From: a virus
Taxonomy: Duplodnaviria; Caudoviricetes
Strand: one strand, 5' to 3'
DNA: 64,000 nt
Virus record (IMG/VR): IMGVR_UViG_3300034161_000008
Span: 32,001 to 96,000 of that record
Shown here: piece by piece, positions 39,150-47,688 of the stretch
Layout of the letters: each line of letters begins with the position of its first letter
How positions within the stretch are numbered: the first letter of the stretch is position 1
Notes under the pieces: generated by a model
What the model was told of the DNA's origin: nothing
Databases searched by the model: none
Seen by the model: only the letters and a program-made list of their open reading frames with translations
Position numbers and translations under genes: made by a program

Positions 39150-39620
39150 TTACTTTTCTTTCTCAGCGTTGCAGTTTTTGATGTAGTCGTCGTAGCTCTG
39201 ACGCATCTGACGACGGATGCTGATCGTGTACTGTCGCACTTCACCGAGGTGCTTCATCACAATCATGTCGATCTTGCGATCTTCTTCATCACTCACACCG
39301 CGCGGGGGTAGTGTGGGTAATTCAGGCATCGGTTGGAATATGGGCATGTTGTAAATCGGACAGCCCTTCTTACTTGTCGCTGGTGTCGGGCTTGGAATCG
39401 GGGGCGTGGGTAGCACCGATTGGGCAGGCGACATAAATGGTACGGCGGAGGCCTCGGATTGTTTCCAACCGTTGGGACCCCGCTCGTACACGACAACGAT
39501 GCGAGAAGCACCGGATTGATCATTGACTGAAGGGATGTCGAGACGCAAACCCCCGGAATCATTAGTAGCGCAGGCGGGCAGCAAAAGCAGCACCGCCATG
39601 CTCAAGTGTCTCAACTTCAT
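39150..39620 (-). CDS. Lipoprotein, o-spanin-like
   Basis: Signal peptide with lipobox (LLLLPA-C), Pro-rich middle; ATGA-coupled to the upstream membrane protein. Confidence 0.5.
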   Translation of the reverse strand: MKLRHLSMAVLLLLPACATNDSGGLRLDIPSVNDQSGASRIVVVYERGPNGWKQSEASAVPFMSPAQSVLPTPPIPSPTPATSKKGCPIYNMPIFQPMPELPTLPPRGVSDEEDRKIDMIVMKHLGEVRQYTISIRRQMRQSYDDYIKNCNAEKEK

Positions 39621-40135
39621 TGGTTCTCATCCTTACGCATTTTCTCAAGCAGGTCGCGTACGGAGTCGTAACGAGTACCTTTAGGGCCTGATGGGTTAGA
39701 GACAGCACCGCTAGCAGAACCTGGAGTACACCGAGCCAGCGCTACCGCCAGTTCGTTGTTGGTTTCCAGCAGCAGTTTGTTACGCCCGATCAAATCCGTA
39801 AGCCGGGACTCCTTCGATGTAATCGTTGCTTGCTGCTCGTCAATGGTTTTGTCATCGTCGAGAGCATTTTGCTTGAGCTGATCGTTCAAGGCTTTAAGCC
39901 CCAAGAACTCTTTGGAATCGTCTTCCAATTTCTTGTGATCAACTTTAAGCTGGATGAACTGGGTGGAGATGTCGAACAGGCGTGGAGTCAGCCAAATGTT
40001 CATGCCGATCGATCCGATGATCGCAAACAACAGAAACAGTCTTAACTTGTTTGTTCTCAGCGCCTGTGTCAGCGTTTTGTCACCTAGGAACATTTCCTTA
40101 AGGAAAGGCCATAGGAACCTTAGGATCGCAGACAT
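39617..40135 (-). CDS. Single-pass membrane coiled-coil protein, i-spanin-like
   Basis: One TM segment (LFLLFAIIGSIGMNIWL) followed by a long coiled coil and one Cys. Confidence 0.5.
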   Translation of the reverse strand: MSAILRFLWPFLKEMFLGDKTLTQALRTNKLRLFLLFAIIGSIGMNIWLTPRLFDISTQFIQLKVDHKKLEDDSKEFLGLKALNDQLKQNALDDDKTIDEQQATITSKESRLTDLIGRNKLLLETNNELAVALARCTPGSASGAVSNPSGPKGTRYDSVRDLLEKMRKDENQ

Positions 40136-40198
40136 GATTTTATACCGCCTTCATTGTATGGGCTGATTCATAAACATAACTTTGCTGAGAGTTCAGGC

Positions 40199-41503
40199 AT
40201 GTATACCCTCAATGGCTTTGTCAACGTCACGCCGCTTGCAATCAACGTGAAAGGCGTTGTTTCGCCAATCGGTGAAATCTCTACACGCTCCCTGACCTAC
40301 TCTCGCGAAGTTGGCCAGTATGCGTTGCCAGCGTACAAAGATGTCACACTGGTAACATTCCTCAGCAGTGAAGGCGACGACTTGGTCGTAGTGCCAGACG
40401 CTGTGCGGGATCAAGTTCTGAAAATCTCACAATGGTTGTGGGATCGCGCAGTTGCTGGGGCAAGTTCTAACGATCGTGATGAGATCCTATCAGATCTTTT
40501 GACTAAGTTCCAGACTGAAGCCAACACTTTTGATTGCGGTGAAGTAATCAAATCTGCTGACGCACGTTACGCTCTGCCGGAGTGGCTGAACTGGAAGAAC
40601 GTTGCCCAAGATGCTGGCGACAACTTCATCAAGGTTTACTTCGCAGACCAGTCGTTCCAGAACCAGTACGACAAGACGTTCGTTAAACCGGTGTTCACGT
40701 TCCTGCCGGTCGACAACTTCTTCCTGGCTCCTGCTGTTGTTATTGCCGCTATTAAAGCGCGTACTAACGCCATGCGTGCGGACATGCTGGAAACGGCAAA
40801 AGAAGGCTTCCCGGAAACCATCCAGTGGGGTGACTCGTTTGACTACGTGTCTCCTCTGGACAACAGCAAAACTCCGGCTGACTTCGAGGCGCTGATCTAC
40901 GGTGCTGCCGGTAACAACATCGACACGATCAAAGACGCCATCACGACTGAGATTCTCAAAGAGTCTACGCACACTCGTGACGAATGGGTCAAGATCCTGC
41001 CCGATCTGTTCAAGCGCACCGAAGTGATCCTGACGCCGATCTGGGACAAACTGGCCATCCCTGACAGCAACCAAGTCTCGGGTATCTACTCCCCAGTAAC
41101 GCTGCTGTCTCGGGCGATGTCTGTGGTCAAGCAAACCGCTATCGGCTACGCAGCCTATCACGTTGAGCAATATGCTGAACTGACTGGCCACCCGTACAAG
41201 TCGCTGGCAATGACCGCCATCGGTGGTCCTGAGAACCGTGACGACAAGTTCCGTCTGTCCCAGTTCTTCCCCGACTACATCAACGTTGGTGCAACTACCA
41301 ACGACTTCTCGCGCATGGGCAAATATACGACCGACTGGTTGTATATGCTGGCCGAGATGATGCTGATCGCTGAAAGCATGACTGCTTATAGCGACATTCC
41401 TCGGGGCATGACGCGCCTGACTCGTGAAGGGATCATGTACGTAGTCAAAAGCTACGACAAGACTCAGTACCTGGTTGCGGCTAAGAACAACTTCGTTAGC
41501 TGA
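40199..41503 (+). CDS. Probable virion structural protein
   Basis: MYTLNGFVNV..., 434 aa; synteny within the phiKZ-like virion block. Confidence 0.65.
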   Translation: MYTLNGFVNVTPLAINVKGVVSPIGEISTRSLTYSREVGQYALPAYKDVTLVTFLSSEGDDLVVVPDAVRDQVLKISQWLWDRAVAGASSNDRDEILSDLLTKFQTEANTFDCGEVIKSADARYALPEWLNWKNVAQDAGDNFIKVYFADQSFQNQYDKTFVKPVFTFLPVDNFFLAPAVVIAAIKARTNAMRADMLETAKEGFPETIQWGDSFDYVSPLDNSKTPADFEALIYGAAGNNIDTIKDAITTEILKESTHTRDEWVKILPDLFKRTEVILTPIWDKLAIPDSNQVSGIYSPVTLLSRAMSVVKQTAIGYAAYHVEQYAELTGHPYKSLAMTAIGGPENRDDKFRLSQFFPDYINVGATTNDFSRMGKYTTDWLYMLAEMMLIAESMTAYSDIPRGMTRLTREGIMYVVKSYDKTQYLVAAKNNFVS

Positions 41504-41511
41504 GGCACAAG

Positions 41512-42126
41512 ATGGCGAACAATATTCCACCACCGGGACTCCGAGGGATTTACACGCTCCTGGAACCCTTCAAGGCAAAGCTGCTGGATAAGGTGGCCTA
41601 CACCTGCGTATCGACTCGGGGCATCAACGAGCTGATCAATAGCGGCATCGACGTGTTCTCGGTGTACTACCAGCCGAACAACATCCCTCAGGAGAAGTAC
41701 AACGAAGACATCGTCAATGGAATGATGATCGTTACGTTCCAAGCGGGTGCTGGTGTTTGGTTGGATGTTCCTTCTACCTACATCGACGGCCTGCCTGATC
41801 TGAACGGGATTCCGTACAGCCCTCTGGTTGTGGCATTGCGCTTAGGCGCAGTCGCCGACAGCTCTGACCTTTCTTACTTGCAGTCGCGTTTGGAAGGGGT
41901 GGTTAAAGAGGAGCTCGGAATCGTCGTGACTTCTGAGCTGGTGTTGGTCGGTCAGCAGACTTTGGTGTCTGATGCGGATCACAAGCTGGTTGAGGCGTCT
42001 CGCGATGTCAACAAGGCAGCAGCTGATACCGACTACTCCAAGTACCTGGCCGAGAAAACTCGAGCAGATGCACTGGCGTTGAAGGTTACTCAGCTGGAAG
42101 ACTACATCAAGTCTAAAGGCCTGTAA
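41512..42126 (+). CDS. Probable virion structural protein
   Basis: 204 aa with a C-terminal coiled coil; co-oriented with the previous gene. Confidence 0.6.
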   Translation: MANNIPPPGLRGIYTLLEPFKAKLLDKVAYTCVSTRGINELINSGIDVFSVYYQPNNIPQEKYNEDIVNGMMIVTFQAGAGVWLDVPSTYIDGLPDLNGIPYSPLVVALRLGAVADSSDLSYLQSRLEGVVKEELGIVVTSELVLVGQQTLVSDADHKLVEASRDVNKAAADTDYSKYLAEKTRADALALKVTQLEDYIKSKGL

Positions 42127-42163
42127 GGGCATAGAGCCGGGGCTGGTCCCCGGCCTTATGCTG
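42127..42163. terminator. CATA-hairpin-TATG element between convergent genes
   Basis: GGGCATA-GA-GCCGGGG-CTGGT-CCCCGGC-CT-TATGCTG. Confidence 0.7.
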
Positions 42164-42165
42164 TC

Positions 42166-43023
42166 TCACACGTTCGGAGCAGAAATCGGCGCAACCGAAG
42201 TCACTTTGCCTGCTGTGAAATTACCAGTCACTTCGCCATTACCGTTCACCAAGAAGTCACCAGTCACAGCCATGTTACCGGTCTGTGTGTAGTTACCCTT
42301 CAAGGTGAAGTTGCCGTCGAGGTTGAAGTCGCCTTTCCAGTTCGTGGTTGGGCAAGTCCAAGTCGTCGTACCGCCAGCAATGCCCGTGACGTCCTGACCT
42401 TCCATCCGAATGGTCGTGCCCTTGTAGTTCTTGGACTCGATCAACCCAGTGGCAGATTCAATGGTGACGTAGTTGCCCAGAGAGTCAGTCACGAGGAACT
42501 TGGACTCTTTGGTGTTCAGCTGCATGTCCCACTCGTTGGGCTCGTTGTTCGCCGCCGAGGTGTGCAGAGCAACCAAACCATCGTGAGTCGAGATCTCCAG
42601 ATAGTACGTGTTGGTAGCATCGGGATTGGCGGCTTCGTCACTGCTACCGGAGAATGCGTAGATCACAGTCTCCAGTTTCATCAGGTGGTCATCCAGTCCC
42701 AGCTCGGACCAGTAGTATTGCGGGTCGTTAGCGAACTGCAAGATTCGCACTTTCGTACCACGACGAACATCTGGTGGCATGACTCGGTTAGAGCCCTGTG
42801 GGAGCCATGTAGCTGGAACCGTACCGGTACTGGTCAGAGTTGCATCAAACGCCCTACCGTCGACGCCAAGGCCTGCAACGGCCTGTGTATCTGCGTTGTC
42901 GGTCAACTCACCGTCCAAGAACGGAGAAATCTCGCTGAGCACCACTTCCACGACTTTACTGGAGCGGGCTTTGTTGACAGCCACCACACCGATCGATACA
43001 TCTTCCAATGCACTGACTTTCAT
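42166..43023 (-). CDS. Baseplate central spike / needle (phiKZ gp164-like)
   Basis: OB-like N-terminus (PPDVRRGTKV.I.QFA...YYW); C-terminal beta-helix hexapeptide repeats GNFTLK/GNYTQT/GNMAVT/GDFLVN/GNGEVT. Confidence 0.8.
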   Translation of the reverse strand: MKVSALEDVSIGVVAVNKARSSKVVEVVLSEISPFLDGELTDNADTQAVAGLGVDGRAFDATLTSTGTVPATWLPQGSNRVMPPDVRRGTKVRILQFANDPQYYWSELGLDDHLMKLETVIYAFSGSSDEAANPDATNTYYLEISTHDGLVALHTSAANNEPNEWDMQLNTKESKFLVTDSLGNYVTIESATGLIESKNYKGTTIRMEGQDVTGIAGGTTTWTCPTTNWKGDFNLDGNFTLKGNYTQTGNMAVTGDFLVNGNGEVTGNFTAGKVTSVAPISAPNV

Positions 43024-43040
43024 TATAAACCCCACAAAGT

Positions 43041-43049
43041 TAAAAATAC
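43041..43049 (+). promoter_or_regulatory. Candidate middle-promoter motif TAAAAATAC upstream of sbcC
   Basis: Identical to the 9-mer upstream of the RecA-like gene; 42 nt before the ATG. Confidence 0.45.
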
Positions 43050-43091
43050 CTGACCTAGCTATCTTTTGCAGACTGGCTAAGGGCTAATCAA

Positions 43092-45578
43092 ATGCGTATC
43101 ACTCTTTTAGAGCTGGTAGACTTTAAATGTTTGTTCAAAAGTAACATCCAACATTTCAAGTTCAAACCTTCAGAGGTCTATCAACTTATTCTCGGTACAA
43201 ACGGTAGTGGTAAGTCCTCAGTAATGAGTGAACTCACCCCATGGCCATCTGATCCAAATGACTTCACCAAAGAAGGCTACAAGGCTATAGAACTAGTCGC
43301 ACGAGGGTCTAAATACAGACTCACGTCAGAATTCAGAAAGAAGGTTACTCACACGTTCGAGAAGGATGGTGAGGAGCTGAATCCAGGAGGTACAACCTCC
43401 GTCCAGAAACAACTCTGTACACAACATTTCGCAGTTACTCAGGAAACACAGGACCTGTTGATGGACCGTGAGCGGTTCACCAAGATGAAGCCTGCTGAGA
43501 AACGCCAGTGGTTCACTCGACTGTCGGACACCAACTACGATTTCGCTATCGATGTCTACAACAAACTCTCCAAAGAGGGTCGAGACGTAGAAGGGGATCT
43601 GCGTCGTACCAAGTCCCGGCTGGTGACAGAGATTGAAAAGGTCATCACCAAGGAAGAGGAAGAGCGTCTAGAGATCGAAGTCAATGCACTGGACGACGAA
43701 ATCAAACGCCTGCTGAGCGAACACAATCCTCGCTTCGACAAACCCCACACCTTCGCTGAGAAACGTGCCAAGCACTTGGAGAAGATCGCTCAGTTCGCAC
43801 TGAAGATCCTCAAGACTCAGATCGTGGCTCCAGAAGGCTCCACAGCCAACTGCATCCAAGACATTGACGATATTGTCTACGACCTGAACACCAAGCTTTC
43901 AATGCATGAAGGCGAGCTCAACATCCACGTCAAAACTCACGACAAGCTTGAGAAAGCTGTCAGTGCTTTGCGTCAGGCTGGTGCTGAGGGCATTACCGCT
44001 CTACGCAACAAACTCGAACCTTTGCGGGTAGAGCGTGACAGCTGGTATAAGAAACAACGCCTGCAACTGGTGATACCCAACCCGGAAGAAGCTCAACGCG
44101 CTCTGGAGACGGTATGGGACTCTCTGGAGGCATGCTTCGATGCACTGCCACCGAATGAGGATCGTCGCTACTCTCAGGGTCGTTTGGTGCAGCTTCGGGA
44201 AAGTCGTGAAGCACGAACCAAGGACATTGATCAGGGTCGCCTGAACATTGCCAAACTGGTTGCCCGTCGCGAACACATGGAGGCTCACAAAGCTCAAGCT
44301 GGTTTGACGTGCCCTAAGTGTCACCACAGTTGGGTGTCTGGTTTCAGTGACGAGCATTACGCCAAGTGTATCGCTAACATCGAGACGCTGAGCGAAGCCA
44401 ACAAGTTACTGGAACAAGAAGTCAGCGAGATCGACGAACAGATCGATGGTGTCGTTAACTACGCCAACACCTACCGTGAGTTCACTCGCATCTCCCAGAA
44501 CTGGCCTGCACTGATGCCACTGTGGGATTACTTGGCGGAAGAGAAGCTGGTTATCAACTTCCCATCCAAAGCCAAGGGCGTGTTGTCGATCTTCCAAGCT
44601 GATCTGGTCCATGCACAAAGCGCAGTGCGTTGTGAGCGTGAACTTGAAGAGATCCAGCGAATCATCTCCGCAGCTTCTGAGTCTGAAGATGAGAACTTAG
44701 AAGACGCGCTAGATGAACTGGCAACGGTTGAAGCATTGGTCCACGAGATCACTGACCGTATCCAGACCATTCGCAAACAGATCTCTCTGTACGCTGGCTA
44801 CAAATACCAACTGGCAGAAGTGGGCGAAGCGAACGTTACGATCATTCGCATGATGGAAGAGTCTCAGACCCACACTGAGCAAGAGATAGAAGCGAGCTAC
44901 CACCAACTGCTGAGTTCGATGATTTCGAACGCCACGCACACGATGGTGAAGAAGCGCGACAGTCTGCAAAACGTTCGTCAGCAACGGGCAGTCGTCCGTG
45001 CTTTGGAACAACAGATTGAAGACGCTACCGCTGACGATCAAGCGTACAAAGCGCTGATCAAAGAACTCTCGCCAAAGGAAGGTCTGATCGCAGAAGGCTT
45101 GCTCGGATTCATTCGCAATTTTACTGGACAGATGAATCATCTGATTCACAAAATCTGGACGTACCCTTTGCAAGTTCGTCCGTGCGGTGGTGAAGTCGAA
45201 GGCAGTGCTGACCTCGATTACAAGTTCCCAATGATGGTGTCCTCTAAAACGAATATCGTCCCTGACGTTAATCGTGGTTCCAGTGGGCAGCAAGAGATTG
45301 TGAACTTGGCGTTCAAGGTTGTGTCCATGCGCTATATGGGCATGGCTGACTTCCCTCTGTTCCTCGATGAGTTTGGGGCTTCGTTTGACGAGGCTCACCG
45401 TAACAGCGCAATGGCTGTGGTCAAGACGCTGATGGAGCAGCAAAGCTTCTCTCAACTGTTTATGGTTTCTCACTACGAGGGCAACCACGGCGCACTCACT
45501 AATGCCGAAGTCATGGTGCTCTGCCCACAGAACATCACCGTACCCGCCAAATACAACCAACATGTTGAATTGAACTAG
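43092..45578 (+). CDS. sbcC: SbcC/Rad50-like SMC ATPase (phiKZ gp165-like)
   Basis: Walker A GTNGSGKSS, coiled coils, CPKC zinc hook, signature SSGQ, Walker B FLDE, VSH. Confidence 0.93.
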   Translation: MRITLLELVDFKCLFKSNIQHFKFKPSEVYQLILGTNGSGKSSVMSELTPWPSDPNDFTKEGYKAIELVARGSKYRLTSEFRKKVTHTFEKDGEELNPGGTTSVQKQLCTQHFAVTQETQDLLMDRERFTKMKPAEKRQWFTRLSDTNYDFAIDVYNKLSKEGRDVEGDLRRTKSRLVTEIEKVITKEEEERLEIEVNALDDEIKRLLSEHNPRFDKPHTFAEKRAKHLEKIAQFALKILKTQIVAPEGSTANCIQDIDDIVYDLNTKLSMHEGELNIHVKTHDKLEKAVSALRQAGAEGITALRNKLEPLRVERDSWYKKQRLQLVIPNPEEAQRALETVWDSLEACFDALPPNEDRRYSQGRLVQLRESREARTKDIDQGRLNIAKLVARREHMEAHKAQAGLTCPKCHHSWVSGFSDEHYAKCIANIETLSEANKLLEQEVSEIDEQIDGVVNYANTYREFTRISQNWPALMPLWDYLAEEKLVINFPSKAKGVLSIFQADLVHAQSAVRCERELEEIQRIISAASESEDENLEDALDELATVEALVHEITDRIQTIRKQISLYAGYKYQLAEVGEANVTIIRMMEESQTHTEQEIEASYHQLLSSMISNATHTMVKKRDSLQNVRQQRAVVRALEQQIEDATADDQAYKALIKELSPKEGLIAEGLLGFIRNFTGQMNHLIHKIWTYPLQVRPCGGEVEGSADLDYKFPMMVSSKTNIVPDVNRGSSGQQEIVNLAFKVVSMRYMGMADFPLFLDEFGASFDEAHRNSAMAVVKTLMEQQSFSQLFMVSHYEGNHGALTNAEVMVLCPQNITVPAKYNQHVELN

Positions 45579-45586
45579 GAGTTGAC

Positions 45587-46339
45587 ATGAGTCACGTTGA
45601 AGACACTATCACTAAGCTGGAATCGCTGCGCCGCATCGCCGGTGCTTTGCATAACGACATCGAAGGCCTGCTGGAAGACCTGAAAGTCTCCTCGGCACCT
45701 GCGCTGATCGACACGCCGCTGGTACACACCCACGCCCCTGCTGTAGATCTTCCGTACGTTCAAGACCCGGTCAACCCAACTGGCCAAGTCCGCGATGCTT
45801 TCCATTCGGCGAAACCACCAGTCGACGATCCGAAACGCACCCTGCAACCAGTTCGCCGCGAAGCCGTCATCCATCAAGCCGGTCGTCAACCACAACCGCT
45901 GGGCGATGCAGTTGAAGAACTGCTCAGCGCCGTTGAAGCCAATGCTGCCAGCCAGCGCGGTCCAAAGTCTCCGGGTGAAGTGCTAACTCAGTACATGTCG
46001 CCTGCAATCCTGACCGGCGGCCGTGGTTTCGTACAGCCCGGTGCCAGTGGTCTGAAACGTTATCGCGAAACGCTGCTGAACAACGATGACCTCAAACCCG
46101 ACGAACTGGTAACCTACCCTGACGGTTTCTACTCCGCCGACCCACAAGGTCAAGACGAGTTCTTCATCAAGACCCCGAACTTCATGGTTCTGGTCCACGG
46201 CCTGCGTAGCACTCCTGGTCTGCTAGTGTTCCTGCGCAGCAGCATGGGTGAAGCGGTTGATCAGGGTTCTCTGTCCCTGGGCGAGCGTCTGCAACTGTCG
46301 CAAGAGCTGGACGTCGTTCTGTCATCCCTGCCGGAATAA
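45587..46339 (+). CDS. Hypothetical protein with a Pro-rich linker
   Basis: 250 aa; AGGAG SD; co-oriented with sbcC. Confidence 0.7.
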   Translation: MSHVEDTITKLESLRRIAGALHNDIEGLLEDLKVSSAPALIDTPLVHTHAPAVDLPYVQDPVNPTGQVRDAFHSAKPPVDDPKRTLQPVRREAVIHQAGRQPQPLGDAVEELLSAVEANAASQRGPKSPGEVLTQYMSPAILTGGRGFVQPGASGLKRYRETLLNNDDLKPDELVTYPDGFYSADPQGQDEFFIKTPNFMVLVHGLRSTPGLLVFLRSSMGEAVDQGSLSLGERLQLSQELDVVLSSLPE

Positions 46340-46380
46340 GGCATAGAGCCCCAGCCCTAAAAAGGCTGGGGCTTATGACG
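46340..46380. terminator. CATA-hairpin-TATG element between convergent genes
   Basis: GGCATA-GA-GCCCCAGCC-CTAAAAA-GGCTGGGGC-T-TATGAC. Confidence 0.7.
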
Positions 46381-47613
46381 TCAAACGTCTTTGCAGATCT
46401 TCATGAAGAAGGCTGGCGAGATTTCGTCTGGCCGGTACGGGTAGCGGCTGTTGTCGATGTTGCGCTGAGCCATTGCGTCTACAGTTTGGAAGTTGTAGTT
46501 CGGGATCAGCGATTCCTGAATGTGAACAGACCACTGGGTGTCTTCGTAGACGTACCAGTATTCAGAGATCTTACCGAAGCCCACCCGCAACGGCCAAATA
46601 GGAGGCACGTGTGAAACGTACATCCCCGGCAACTGAGCGTTCTCAAGCTTGGACAGCTCAACGTACAGATCGTTGGTATCCACCACCACAAAGAAGCTCT
46701 GTGGTAGGGTGGCGTATGCCTCGATGAAAGCATCGGACTTCAGATCAGCAACCGAGAGTTCAAACTTGTTGCGCTCATTCTTCTCGTATGGCAGCGAGGA
46801 GAAGTCCAGAAACGGTTCCGACTCGTAGAAGCGCTTAGCCATCGGATAGTTCTGGAAGTCGATGCAATACTGGTGATCGCCCACTCGGTAGTAGGTGTTG
46901 TCCAGTACGTGCAGATAACCACCCAACACCAACAGCATCGTGCGATCACCAATGTCTTTGCCGATGTCGATGTACGTCTGTTGCGAGTACAGTCCGTCCG
47001 GCGACTGTTTATAGAGCATTTCCTTGGTGATAGGAATCAGCTCCAGTTCACCGACTTCACGGAAACTGTGGACGCCCACTTGAGCTTCCAAAGACTTCTG
47101 GCGAGAGACATCACCTTTCATTACACGAATGCCTTTGTAAGCTTTGTCCGTGACGTGAAAGAAGCCGTTGACCGAAACCAGACAGTTCTTAACGAACAGA
47201 TCAACATCCAGTCCGGACTTGGTCAGATACAACGAAGTCTTGGCACCCGGTGGCAGTTCCGTGTCCGGCGCGAACAGGTCGTGGATCGGCGCTACGGTGT
47301 AACCTGCGTGGAATGCATCGGCGTAACGAACGAACGTCGTGTCGATCTTTGGGATCGTGTCAGACGTCGGTAAAGTGAGGTTGCCGTTGGTGACCAGCCA
47401 GTCGGAAAACGTTACATCCAGAGTGCCCACTTTATCCCGAATGTCGGCAAAATCCAAAGACACTGGAGCGTCCAGAAAACTGTTGGTTAGAACAGCGAAG
47501 ACTTTGGAATAAAGAGAGTAAATTTGGATGAAGGTAAGTGCCGAAAGATCAAGGTCTTGCCACCGGGTCTCCCCGTCGATTGGTTTGGCGATTGCGGAGA
47601 CAAGCTGGTACAT
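46381..47613 (-). CDS. Probable virion (baseplate-associated) structural protein
   Basis: 410 aa; divergent from the tail-fibre genes; LVSVNGFFH motif recalled from phiKZ-like virion proteins. Confidence 0.65.
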   Translation of the reverse strand: MYQLVSAIAKPIDGETRWQDLDLSALTFIQIYSLYSKVFAVLTNSFLDAPVSLDFADIRDKVGTLDVTFSDWLVTNGNLTLPTSDTIPKIDTTFVRYADAFHAGYTVAPIHDLFAPDTELPPGAKTSLYLTKSGLDVDLFVKNCLVSVNGFFHVTDKAYKGIRVMKGDVSRQKSLEAQVGVHSFREVGELELIPITKEMLYKQSPDGLYSQQTYIDIGKDIGDRTMLLVLGGYLHVLDNTYYRVGDHQYCIDFQNYPMAKRFYESEPFLDFSSLPYEKNERNKFELSVADLKSDAFIEAYATLPQSFFVVVDTNDLYVELSKLENAQLPGMYVSHVPPIWPLRVGFGKISEYWYVYEDTQWSVHIQESLIPNYNFQTVDAMAQRNIDNSRYPYRPDEISPAFFMKICKDV

Positions 47614-47688
47614 GGGCCTTCCCTATATGCTATGGTCGGTAGGAATTTATCGCGGAGTCTATACCATTACAGCCTAGGAGCCATCACA

